Counted from the stretch's first letter, positions 11,492-23,035 are shown. The stretch is 32,816 bases of DNA from Octopus bimaculoides (GCF_001194135.2 NC_068985.1:22707468-22740283), one strand, 5' to 3'. The notes: generated from the letters alone by a model not told the origin. Made by a program: numbers and translations.

Positions 11492-12249
11492 ATTCTGTTT
11501 CAGCAAATATTTAACTAATATTGGTAACTTTGTTATTGCAATGAAGATTCCCACATTTTTGATATTTGAAATCTACTGTCTATGGCTAATTAAATATCTT
11601 TCAATGTCTTATGAACAGCTTTGGGCTTTCCCTTATTAGGGAGTTTGAAAAGATGTATATCATGTTTTTTTTTAGACCTTACATAAAGTGATCTATTTTG
11701 GACTTGATATATTTTGGAGTTGATGTATGTTATTGAAGGTATAAACTATGGTATATATATATAAATATAAAGAGACTGAAGATAATATTAGAATTTGGTA
11801 CATGTTTTTTTATCTAATAAAAGTCATCATTTATCATGACTTTAGATTCTTTTGTACACTTCCATCAAACATCACATGTTAAGCCAATTTTAAAATACTG
11901 TATTTATTATTGAGCCAGCTTCAAGTAATAATAACAAATATTATGAAAGCTTTTAACTGGATTTTGTGGAAAGAAAATTATTTTCTATTCAAAATATCTT
12001 CTATCTTTTAGTATATGTTTATATGTTTTCAATTTCCAGGTGCTAATCATATTTAAAACAAATTCTCATTTCCCTTAAATAAATATTTATTCTCTAGTAT
12101 TTTCTCAAAATTGAATTTACTTCAGTTAACACTGGATTTATATTCCCATAAATATTGACTGTATTGGCCAATATCGATACAGTATCTGTTAGGGAAAAGT
12201 TCCAGTGTTGAGAATTCTTGTAATAAGTTAAATCCAATAACATTATTTT

Positions 12250-12900
12250 CTTCTCCTTCACACATGCAAGAAAAGCTAAGCTTTGGCTGTTTAGATCTCC
12301 TTCAGGTTCCTAGTGGTGTCTTCAAATCTTATAACATGAATAGGATCCTTCCTTCCTATTTAAATAAAACTCCCAACTGCTTAGCAAAGTAATGCATATT
12401 TTGTATAATTAAATTTCTTTCTCATAGCACCCAGCTCCATCTTGCCTAACTGTGCAGTGCATATTGTTTGTAGGTGATTGGGAGTTTTAATTTATGATTT
12501 GTGTGATTTCTTTTGCTCTGGTCTGATAGTATAAAACGATTTTACATGAGTACATCAGCACTTTCTCTTTAATGCTGCTAAATATCCATCATTTACTTAA
12601 GCCCTTTACTCCATTTGGATCATAGGTCAGTGGTAACTTTTCTTCATTGTACCCTGAGGGAAGGCTTTTCTCTTCTAGGACTTGTTGGTTTTGAATTGCC
12701 ATTAATGCTTCTGTAACTTTGCTTTTTTTTTTTTAGGTAGGGGTGTTGACCCTATGAAAGCCCATTTTTGCTTCCTGGGAAGAGGTGGTCCATATTAGTG
12801 TAGTCTCTGTGTTTTGACCTCTCCAGCATAAAAGACCCTGCCAGGAGTTTGCGCTCCGCTGGCATAGCTTTGAGAGCCACTGAGAAACTCAAGCCATCAC
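12250..12900 (-). mobile_element. Possible decayed 5' end (UTR plus endonuclease start) of an RTE-like LINE
   Basis: Minus strand GGGTCAACACCCCTACCT followed by an A run resembles RTE 5'-UTR motifs. Degenerate endonuclease-like translation follows, with no clean ORF. Confidence 0.3.
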
Positions 12901-13388
12901 ACTATAACAAAGGCAGGATCTTGTAGTGGAAATGTCCATTAGATTGAGTTAAATGTCATGACAAAATCCCTTCAGTAAATGCTGCTGATTGGTTAACAAT
13001 TAAACTGTACAGCTTTAGAGTTGCTAAACAAATTTTCAGAGCAAATATCATTTGGAAATACACAATATTTTATTTCATTACTTAAAAATAAAAGCTATCA
13101 AAATAAGTGAAATCTCAGTTTTATTGAAATACTTCTGAATGGAATGGTTCTAAATAATCTGCTGTATAAGTGAGAGAAGGAGTGAGTGTGTGTATAATTG
13201 CAAGCATGCTCCTTCTTCACACATTTTCTTTCAATTGTTATTTCTAACTACAGTTTATTTTTATTAGTTAACACTCAAACATCCTAAGAATATTGGGCTA
13301 TTATTGTACATATAGCACATAGCACAGATATGAATGTAATTTATGTTTGCCCATTGCAAAATATGCATATGCCCATTTGTTCATGGGA

Positions 13389-13592
13389 ATGTGTGTGTGT
13401 GTGTGTGTGTGTGTATGCATATGTGTCTCTGTATATGTATGTGTATATATATGTATATATATATATGCTTATATGTATGTGTATGTATATGTATATATGT
13501 GCACATGCATGCACGTGTGTGTTGATATATATATATATATAAGTATATATGTATATTTGTGTGTGCATACACACACACACACACACACACAC
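13389..13592. repeat. Compound (TG)/(TA)/(CA) microsatellite tract
   Basis: Directly visible. Other microsatellites at 9455-9492, 10081-10130, 10345-10372, 11245-11272, 20522-20612, 26103-26143. Confidence 0.95.
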
Positions 13593-14256
13593 TTGTTTGT
13601 AAATAAATATAAATGTGAATATATGTAAACTCATGCACATATCTCCATGTTGCTTCTAAAATTTAACTGTTGCTGTTGTGTCTTTCCAATCGATCATGTT
13701 TCACTATTTTTAGAATCACTGGTAATGATAAGTATCCTTTTGTTAAGAAACATGTCTTAATGTTAAAATTTCTTTTTCTTGAAAAATTTCAATGTTTTAA
13801 TTTCAATCAATGTACAGTTGCATTTTGTTTTTTAATTGTTTTTCTTTTATCCAAAGAAGAAAAGTTTTAAAGAAATTATATCATATACTGTGTTCATATT
13901 TTATGTAACTGCAATTTGCTAATAATAAAATTCATGAAATAAGAGTTTAATTAGTATTTTAATTTATTTCTTTGTATTCTGAAAAATTTAAAGACAGATA
14001 TTATTCATTGAAATGGTTTCAAATTTTGGCACTAGGCCAGCAATTTTAAGGAGGAGGTAAGTCAATTACATTGACCCCAAAAGGATAAAAGGCAAAGATG
14101 ATTTTGGTGGAATTTGAACTCGGACCATAAAACTGGAAATAATGCTGCTGCTAAGTATTTTGTCCAACATGCCAATAATTGTGCCAGTTTGCTCTCCTAG
14201 TATCAATTATAAATCTCACTGATTTTAATTCTCATGTATCTCTTCATTTTTATAAT

Positions 14257-14695
14257 CATCATCATCATCATCATCGTTTAACGTCCGCTTTCCATGCTAG
14301 CATGGGTTGGACGATTTGACTGAGGACTGGTGAACCAGGTGGTTACACCAGGCTCCAATCTGATTTGGCAGAGTTTCTACAGCTGGATGCCCTTCTTAAT
14401 GCCAACCACTCCGAGAGTGTAGTGGGTTCTTTTACGTGCCACCGGCATGAAGGCCTGTCAGGCGGTACTGGCAACGGCCATGCTCAAAATGGTGTCTTTT
14501 ATGTGCCACCTGCACGGGAGCCAGTCCAGCGGCACTGGCAACGATCTCGCTCGAATGTCCTAACACGTGCCACCGGCACCGGTGCCATCACGATTTCGCT
14601 TTTGCTTGCCTCAACATGTCTTTGCAAGCCGAGTTTCTGTTTCCAATGAAGGAGACGACGTTGGCATGGGTGCCATCTGTCGAAATTAGTTCGAT
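14257..14695 (-). mobile_element. Young RTE-tail-derived repeat, longer copy
   Basis: Same (CAT)n-CGTTTAACGTCCGC tail, extending into GTGCCACCGGCA units as in the RTE 3' UTR. Confidence 0.9.
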
Positions 14696-14929
14696 TTTAA
14701 AGCTTATATATTTTCCCTGTTTAATGATTTAATTTACAGACCTACATCTTTCAACTTTTCATTTACTTTTTATCTTTTCCTTGTTTCAGTCACTAGACAG
14801 CAGCCTTGACCAGTTTAATCAAACAAATTGACTCTAGTTCTTATTTTAAAATCTGGTACTTATTTTATCATAACTTTTTGCTGAACCACTAAGTTACAGA
14901 TATAAACAAACCAACATTGTTGTATATGT

Positions 14930-15135
14930 TTCCTCATTTCATAGGGTTCGCATTGTGGGGACATGATGTTCATTATCTTAACTAAGTCTGCTATCAGTAT
15001 ATTAATTTTCATATTGTGTGACAAAGCTGAGTTCTTGTGAACAACATATTCTGAAGCTATAGGTTTCATATAATAGGAGTGGAGGAGCTGCACTCTATTG
15101 TTCACAGTCTCAAACCAAAGTTCAGTATCAAGTAT
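14930..15135 (-). mobile_element. Penelope-like retroelement RT-thumb fragment
   Basis: ORF-track peptide YYMKPIASEYVVHKNSALSHNMKINILIADLVKIMN resembles the PLE Y.KP......H..SA.....K motif. Confidence 0.55.
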
Positions 15136-15374
15136 GGGGAGTCTATTGTTGGGGTGCTTGGTGGATTAATCTATAGTTAGATATATATGTGTGTGTGTGT
15201 GTATTTGATGAGCTTCCACACAGTTTCCACCTATCAAATTCACTCACAAGGCATTGGTTGGCCAGGATTATAACAGAAGAGACTTTCCCAGGATGCCATG
15301 CTGTGGGACTGACACCTGGTTGCAAAATGAAGTTCTTAATCTCACAGCCATTCCTGCATCTATAAAAAAACACT

Positions 15375-15486
15375 TGTCAGAAGTGGGATTTGAACCCATT
15401 CCCTGTGATCCAGAATACTCATTGGTCTAAGAAGTTAAGAAGACTATTCTTGAATCTGGCACCTTAGACTACTCTGACATCCTGAC
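15375..15486 (-). pseudogene. Decayed intron-containing tRNA-Leu(CAA) gene
   Basis: Minus strand GTCAGGATGTCAGAGTAGTCTAAGGTGCCAGATTCAAG-[33 nt]-TTCTGGATCACAGGGAATGGGTTCAAATCCCACTTCTGACA. Acceptor stem and CCAGA/TCTGG anticodon stem pair, and the anticodon is CAA (15452-15450). D-loop GG is lost, the variable arm is damaged, there is a T-stem mismatch, and a T7 run follows just downstream. Confidence 0.85.
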
Positions 15487-15789
15487 ATAAATTCAAAGAT
15501 AATTTTTCTGTTGTCAATGTGATTATTACCAAGAAAGCTTATTAATCTTGTGGTAACATTTCCTTCCTGAAATTTTTATTGAAGAAAATCATGTAAAAGT
15601 TATTATGTTAACATGACAGGTCTCAACATGATACAAAATAAGAGAAGACTTCTTGATAATGAACTTTTTAATACTTACTCCATAACATGCTTGACTAAAA
15701 GTCAGCCTTTTGTCTTGCCATTAACTTAATCCTTTTGTTACCATATTTCTGTTGGAATAAACTGCCCTTCTTAATTTTGAAAATAGGAA

Positions 15790-16845
15790 GAATTTAACTG
15801 CTGTTTGGAACACAAATCAGCATGGAATTTTCATGGAAGGTTTTAATTTGTATATCAGAGAGTTTATATTATAGAAACAAGAGAAATCTAAGGCAAGTTT
15901 TAGATACTTCCCAAACCTAAAGAGGTAATCAATGATCTTTCAAAAGATGACAGAACAGAGTGCCAATGTCTTCAAAAGCTGTTTGTAAATGTTATTGAGT
16001 CAACAGTTGAGCAGTTTTTTTACAATGTTTGCTAAATTCAGCTAACTGAAAGAGACAGCAAAATTCATGGAGTTTCCAGACATCATCAAACAGGAATAAC
16101 TAAACTTTCAGATGTTTTCATGGATAGACATGGTTGATTTTGAAATACAGTTGATTGAATTTCAAAGTAGCTCAATTGGGAAGCAAAAATTTATTGACCT
16201 TAGAGTTGACTTGGGAAATATTGAAAAAAGCAATTAGAGATGGGGAGAACCAGAGAGGAGTGCAGAAAACGAATTATTAAGGACTTGGGATGCCATTCCA
16301 GAAAATTTTTCCTGTTTACAAAATTTTGCAACAGCACTAATATCCACATTTTCATCAACATATGCCTGTGAATCCTTGCTAAGTCTTGTAAGAGGAGTAA
16401 TCTGATGGATGAAACTAGTAATGCATGCATATCTCTGAAGGTTACGAAATATAAACCCAATATGAAATCTCTGTCATCAATGATGCAGCAGCAGAAGCCC
16501 CACTGATAATACTGTATAAACATGTCTATCGAAAGGAGACAGCAAGTTTTCTGTCAAACTGATATTACATCTGACTGATGTTTTCTTTTGAAAGTGGCAA
16601 AGATTATTGTTGTTTAGATGTAACTTTGAAGGTGAATAAATATATTTTCCATCATTATGTACTGCGTTTTACTACTTAATAGTGATTTTTTATCATTTAT
16701 TAAAAAAGTTCTTAAAAACACTTTCTTAAGATATATCAAGTAACCTAACATGCTCTTAAAAAAATTTGGTTGGCACATGGAAGAATTTTGTGTCAGAGAT
16801 TTTTCCAGTTTTGGCATGCACTCTCAAAAAGGTTGCCCTCCCCTG
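15790..16845 (+). mobile_element. hAT (Buster/Charlie-type) transposon, 3' portion, decayed
   Basis: Frameshifted translation includes FRYFPNLK, FEIQLIEFQSS, WDAIPENFSCLQNF, STFSSTYACESL and ends QQQKPH-stop. Right TIR AGGTTGCCCTCCCCTG ends at 16845, followed by TACTAGGA (NNNTANNN). No left TIR found. Confidence 0.8.
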
Positions 16846-17182
16846 TACTAGGATATTTTCCTCATCAAATTCTCGTGGATGGATTTCCTTGATGTCTTGA
16901 AATCTTGTTCCTTTCAAGTGGGATTTGATTTTTTGGAAAGATTCTTGGCCATAATAAACTTCAAGCTATATCTCTTTCCACACACACACATACACATATT
17001 TACTCTGCCATGGTCACTGACTGAAGCTCCGTGGTGTGGTGAGATGACCACACTCGACACACTTTAATTCCAAGCACTGCTATAAACACGAGTGAGTGAG
17101 AACATTTTAACTTAATGTGCATGTGCGACAGAGTTCAAGGTCAGTCTGTGCCAAGTTACTTCACTCTGTGTACTTTAGCTCT

Positions 17183-17196
17183 GTTACCATAGCAAC
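17183..17196. promoter_or_regulatory. Candidate RFX X-box
   Basis: GTTACC-AT-AGCAAC is an exact match to the GTHNYY-AT-RRNAAC consensus. Function untested. Confidence 0.4.
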
Positions 17197-17523
17197 AGTC
17201 CTGATACATTATGATGAGACCTTGTATAACATAGTGCACATATATCAATTTAATTTATGTAATATATTCATTAAAATGATAAGAACATAAAGAGTGAAGT
17301 TGATAAGGTATAGGATGACCAGCTTAGGAGCTGTTCAAGCTTATTCTACCACAGGTACAACATTATATCCTGGGGTATGAGACATTGGCACAGCTGTTTT
17401 GGAGCTGCTTATTTAGTGTTGCTGATTCAACACTGACTTATTTGACATCATTTGTTTTAATGTTTCTCTCATTTTAATGTCTGTCTTCTCTTTCTTTTAT
17501 GTGTGTATTTCTCTTTATGTGTA

Positions 17524-17835
17524 TCAGTGGCTTAGTGGTTAGGGTATGTGGTTCATGATTGTAAGGTCATGACATTGATTCCTGGTGGCACATTGCATCC
17601 TTGAGCAAGACACTTTATTTCATGTTGCTCCAGTCCACTCAGCTGGCAAAAATGAGTTGTACCTGTACTTCAAAAGGATCAACCTTGTCACATTCTGTGT
17701 CTCACTAAATCTCCCTAAGAACTATGTTAAGGGTACGCATGTCTGTTGAGTGCTCACCTACTTGTGCATTAATTTCTCAAGCAGACTGTTCTGTTGATAA
17801 ATCAACTGGAACACTTGTCATCGTAAATGACAAAG
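17524..17835 (+). mobile_element. Older tRNA-derived SINE with CORE-like centre and the same 3' module as 2601-2987
   Basis: GTGGCTTAGTGGTTAG head and TCCTTGAGCAAGACACTT centre. Its 3' part (TTCAAAAGG...GAACTATGTTAAGGGTAC...ATCAACTGGAAC) aligns with ~2811-2951. Confidence 0.8.
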
Positions 17836-18225
17836 AGCCAGGCAGTATGAAGGAAGGGAAAGTTTTCAACTAATAAATCGGAATGTCTCTCTCTCTCCAT
17901 CTGTGTGTATATATTTCTGTACACGTGTGTGTGTGTGTGTGCGTGTATGTTTTTGGTGCCAAAAAGTACTGTTACCAAAACAGGTTCAGTATCTGGTCAG
18001 CTGTTCCAAATTACCAGCACCCAAACAGTTGCACCTCATCATCTCATTCCATCTACCCAGATAAGAGACTTAACTCTAAGTAGCTGTTTTCTTGTCTTAG
18101 ATCAACCCTGATGAAGCAAACATAAAATCAAAGTCATTCCAACTGTGCCCATCCCATCTTTTTGCCTTTTCAAGCCATACTGTTTAATGCACCCTTTGTT
18201 TTCAAGATGGCAGAGACTTAGTTAA

Positions 18226-18432
18226 CCCTTTAGCATTTAAACCAGTCATATCCAGCCCAAATATTCTATCTGTTTTATGTTCAGATCAGGCTTCTCACAC
18301 CTCTTCTACAATGTCATTCTAGAAATAACTGCATCATTGAGATATTGAAGCTATGATATAATGTACGAAGAATACAAAAGAATGTGAACAAGTAAGCGTT
18401 ACGTTTGATAGAATAAACTGAATGTTAAAGGG
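18226..18432 (-). mobile_element. piggyBac-like MITE, same family as 6543-6761, opposite orientation
   Basis: TTAA|CCCTTTAGCATT ... AATGTTAAAGGG|TTAA. Its reverse complement aligns along the length of 6543-6761. Confidence 0.75.
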
Positions 18433-19841
18433 TTAAGGGAGATACAGTTCCTTGATTTTAGTTGGTTGAACAACCACATAAAGATTCCTCAATGGTATGT
18501 GTGGCTACAAGTGTGTGCAGCGAATGGTACACGTCATTGCTATAAGCAGGGATAGTACTATGGAAGTGATTTGTGGCCAAGTGTCTTATCAATGGTGTGA
18601 TTTATCTCTTGTTTACATAACCATATTTATGCAAACTCGTGATAAGCTTACAGTATACAAATGTAAATATTTGTGCAAATACTTTTATAACAAACACGGA
18701 AAAAAGTTTCAAAATATCTAAGGTTTGTTAATTATCTGTTTCATAGTCTCACTCAAGAATCTTATAATAATTCAGATCTGTTCAGTTTGACTAACTTCTA
18801 AAATATGAAATTTTGTCAAAAATGTTCGAGTTAAACTGTCTTCAGTGGGAGAAATTCTACCAGTATACGACGTTTCAAACTGTTTAGTTAAAAAACATAT
18901 TAATTAAAAGATCTGTGAGCCAAACAGAACAGATCCAATAATTCTGTTTGTTCCTCTGTTACTTAACCCGACCGTAACACTTTCTTGTGATTAGTTGGGG
19001 TGGGGGTGGAGGTGGTGGTGGAGGAGGAGAAGGAGGGAAGAGGAGTGAAATGCATAATTTAATTTTTTTGGACTAAGTTTTCTCCTCCGTTACTTAGCCC
19101 ATCTGTAATGCTTTCACATGATTAGTTGAAAGGAAAGATGAAGAGCAAGAGAAAAAGAAGGTAAGGCGAAGAGTGAGTGAGAAAGAGGGAGAGTGCTGTG
19201 TATTAAGTCTATAAAATTGTGCATAAAGTATATAAAGTGTATATATAAAGTGCATTAAGTAATCATCATATTCCAATTTCCTTCACTTTTCAATGAGTAG
19301 CAGATGAGCAACTATTTTTTGACACAGACATAACACAGGCTATGCATTCACGTCTTTTGGATAAAGTTTCCAGAAATAACCCAAAAAGTTTACCATTAAT
19401 TTTGTGAAATATTTACAGGTCCCATAAGTGTATATAAATTTCTTTCTTGAAATGTTTCAAAAAAGAAACTAAAATGTTTTCTATATTACCAGGAAAAAAG
19501 GAAGTGGTAAAAATTACTCAGAAACTTCAGAAATTCACGAGAAATTTGTCTGGTGACTATTGGTACTGCCACCCACAGTTGCTTTTGGAATAAGAGAGGG
19601 AGAGAAAGAGAGTTTACTAAGAAATAGTTTTCTAAGAAATTTTTACTAGTGTATGTGCATGTGTGCGTTTACTAAGAAATTTAGAAATTCATTATTGAAA
19701 TAAAATTTATATTTATTAAGCAAAAAGACATCAAAGAATTTAATAATATTTTTATAGGTCACATATATTTAACCAGAGAATTTTGAGGGAAATCATTAAA
19801 CATTTTTATTAATCATTATTTTTCTCAACATTCTCTATAGT

Positions 19842-20215
19842 TTACTCAGTATTTTCTGGTTCTTCAGTATTATTTTGTTTCTCAGAATTACCTTCTCTTC
19901 AGTATTTTCCTGTACTTCAGTATCTTGTACTTCAGTATCTCGTACTTCAGTATCTCGTACTTTAGTATTCTCTTGTATTTTTGTATTCTTTTGTACTTCA
20001 GTTTTGTCTTGTGCTTTAGTATCCTCTTGTAGTTCAGTATTCCCATGTATTTTAGCATTCTCCCAAGAACTTCTTAATGCATTTCCTTCCTCAACTGTTT
20101 TCCTATTGTCTTGTACTTCTGGCATTGGATTTTTTCTGATTCAGCTTCATTATTGGTGGTTTTGCTTCTGTAATTAGCTATTTTGAAACAGGTTTTTTTT
20201 CTCAGCATGAGGTTT
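19842..20215 (-). other. Orphan terminal-exon-like segment encoding acidic penta/hexapeptide repeats, with two apparent frameshifts
   Basis: Acceptor tttaataatttacag| at 20216. (N/D)T(E/K)(V/I)(Q/R)(E/D) repeats, stop TAA 19844-19842 in the Glu/Asn-rich frame, AATAAA on - at 19810-19805. Confidence 0.45.
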
Positions 20216-22689
20216 CTGTAAATTATTAAAGCAAATGTATATTTGGTGCTGTACGTGTGTTCAGCAAACATTGAAATGAGATGAAACATGAAAGGCAATA
20301 GGGAAACCTAAAATTTGTAGGCTGGGAATTTGGGAACTGGGAATCCTAGAAGAGTAGCCTTACAAACCTCAAGAAAATACAAAGCACACAAAATACCATG
20401 ATACGCATGCATGCATACACACACACATGCATGCCCCCCCCCCAGGTGTCTCATAAGTTTGTCATGACTGAAAATATTTAAAATGGTAAATTACTTAAGG
20501 AAACTGTGTATATAATATAATCTAATGTGTGTGTACGTGTGTGTGTGTATGTGCATGTGTGTGTGTGTGTGTGCATGTGTGTGTGAGTGTGTGTGCATGT
20601 CTATGTGTACATGCTTGTGTGACCATAGTTTCAGATGAAAGAATCAGGTTGTAATATAAATAGCTAATGTTATCTCTAACTAAGACAGGCCTGATAACAA
20701 GTCTCACCTAGCAACTTATTACAGGAAACTGAAACATGTTATGACTAGAACCTTAATTAATGTTTAATATGAAAAATTGGTGTTGATTTTCTCTCTTTCC
20801 ACCCAGACAAAACCCTCAACTTTTTGACATCTTCATGAACAACAACAAAACAACAACAAATATTTACACAAACAAGCAAATTATGTTCACATTCACAATA
20901 ATACAAACACACACTTACATATATATAAATACATGCATGCATATATACATACAACTTGATATATAAAACAAAGTTTGTGTGTGCATATGTTCCTTATGGA
21001 TTTGAAAACTGAGTTGCCGATTTTGATATATGAGGTATCAAAAGATTCAGTAATCTTTGGGCTACCAAATAGAGTATGCTTTTGCACAACAACCTTTTTT
21101 TAATACAAAAATAACTTCGAAAACGAGGTCAAGTTGCACAATTTTGAGGTCTTTAGCTACAAGAGGCAACTCTGCCTGATCAATCTTTATGTCTTACATA
21201 GATATACCATCACGGTACCTTGGGCAAGTATTTTCTACTATAGCCCTTAGCGAATCACAGACTTGTGATTGAATTTGGTAGATTGAACCTGCAGCGTTGT
21301 TCATCAGAAAATTACCAAAAGACATGTTTATAAAGAAGAGTTGTTTGCTTCATACTCCTCGTGTTCCAATTCTACCCATAAGAAAGGAACAACTAATACA
21401 ATGTGGCTCTTGGTCATAACATCCAGGCAACACCAGTATGTGTGTGTGTGTGTATCAATGTGTGTTTGTATACACACACACACATAGTTTATTAGTGAAC
21501 AATTTGCAGATACAAGTGCTCCTAGTGAAGAATCTCCTTGTACTGGACACAAGGGGCTGAAAGGATCACCTGGAGAGAAAGCATACCATTTTGGGGCCTT
21601 CTTCTTGGTGGCTTTATTGCGCACTGGTTTCACTGCCTGTATGTGAGGACCCACTTACTAGATCAACTAGTTAACAACTTTGACCCAAATTTTTTTCTAG
21701 CCACATCCCATCATCTCTTTTTAGCCAAATCCAGTGACTTGATTTTTCAACTGTGGCCTGCTTACCTTTCATAATGGAATTTGTTTTATGATGATTCACA
21801 AACAGCAGCAATTATCATTGCCTCAAACTACTTCCTGGTATTCCACTGCATCCATTAGATGATTAGATGATATACCACCTTCCAAACAACATCCAGGCAT
21901 TTGGTGGTNNNNNNNNNNNNNNNNNNNNNNNNNNNNNNNNNNNNNNNNNNNNNNNNNNNNNNNNNNNNNNNNNNNNNNNNNNNNNNNNNNNNNNNNNNNN
22001 NNNNNNNNNNNNNNNNNNNNNNNNNNNNNNNNNNNNNNNNNNNNNNNNNNNNNNNNNNNNNNNNNNNNNNNNNNNNNNNNNNNNNNNNNNNNNNNNNNNN
22101 NNNNNNNNNNNNNNNNNNNNNNNNNNNNNNNNNNNNNNNNNNNNNNNNNNNNNNNNNNNNNNNNNNNNNNNNNNNNNNNNNNNNNNNNNNNNNNNNNNNN
22201 NNNNNNNNNNNNNNNNNNNNNNNNNNNNNNNNNNNNNNNNNNNNNNNNNNNNNNNNNNNNNNNNNNNNNNNNNNNNNNNNNNNNNNNNNNNNNNNNNNNN
22301 NNNNNNACCTACATTACTTCTGACTAATTTTTCTGAATTATTTTAATATTTTAATTTACTCTTCTGTACACCGCCCCCTGAAAGAAAACTGTATTTCTCT
22401 TAGGTGTATGAATATTTTTTTATTCATTCACTAATTTCCATCTTTGTACTGCAGCTACAACATTGGGGTACCACACTCAAGGATTTGTAATTGATTTCAG
22501 TAAATTGTATGGAACTTATTTTCATTGATTGTACAATAATCAAAATGGCTAAGTTCATCTTGACTACTTTACACTATATACCATAAAGTACTTTCGTTCA
22601 ACTTATTGGTTTATGTCCAGCTATTCTTTGTTGATAAGAAAGAAGAGAGTGTATGAGAAGATATCCTTCACAGTAAGGTGGATCCTGGG

Positions 22690-23035
22690 AGTGATTTGCA
22701 ATCAGGAGATATGGTTTCCCTTTTGGCTAGTATGTACTTGTATATGAGAGAACAATTTGTAAAACTTCAATTCTGGAATTAAGGCAGATATTAAGATCTT
22801 TGGGGTTTGGTAGAATTTGTATCCTCTTAGACAAAATCTGCACTTATTAGTTCCATTTATATATGCTTTTAACTTCACAAGCACTTTCCATTCATTGCTA
22901 TATTTGATTCTGTCTTTCAAAGGCCATCTTTGACCTACCTGTGTTATGGTTGTCATCTTGTCTCGATGATTTAAAGATGAAATGATTATAGAGCCCTCCC
23001 ATATGTTGCATTCTTCTTTTTTTCCTGCTAAATAT
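22690..23035 (-). mobile_element. Penelope-like GIY-YIG endonuclease C-terminal fragment
   Basis: Minus translation SSLNHRDKMTTITQVGQRWPLKDRIKYSNEWKVLVKLKAYINGTNKCRFCL resembles the PLE SF.H....T.LS..IW.LK......W.I......Y......C.LCL.EK pattern. Confidence 0.55.

Noticed and set aside
13330-13640. Five overlapping Cys/Val/Tyr/His-rich ORFs
   Set aside because: Translations of a compound dinucleotide microsatellite.
18497-18721. 74-aa ORF as a candidate plus-strand gene downstream of the X-box
   Set aside because: No homology recognised, no in-phase neighbouring exons, and its length is within chance expectation.
19875-20177. 100-aa Ser/Cys/Val-rich plus-strand ORF
   Set aside because: Antisense shadow of the minus-strand acidic repeat.
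21328-21908. Opposed ORFs (108 aa and 78 aa) in comparatively GC-rich sequence as candidate upstream exons of the orphan exon
   Set aside because: No recognisable domain or convincing splice pair. One frame runs through a microsatellite, and a minus frame has stop-interrupted LINE-like C-terminal character. Left unassigned.
22581-22627. Possible minimal hammerhead ribozyme downstream of the Penelope fragment (minus strand CTGGACA...CGAAAGTACTT with palindromic AAAGTACTTT)
   Set aside because: The core differs from CUGANGA at two positions and stem I does not pair. At best a decayed relic; it needs a family consensus to evaluate.
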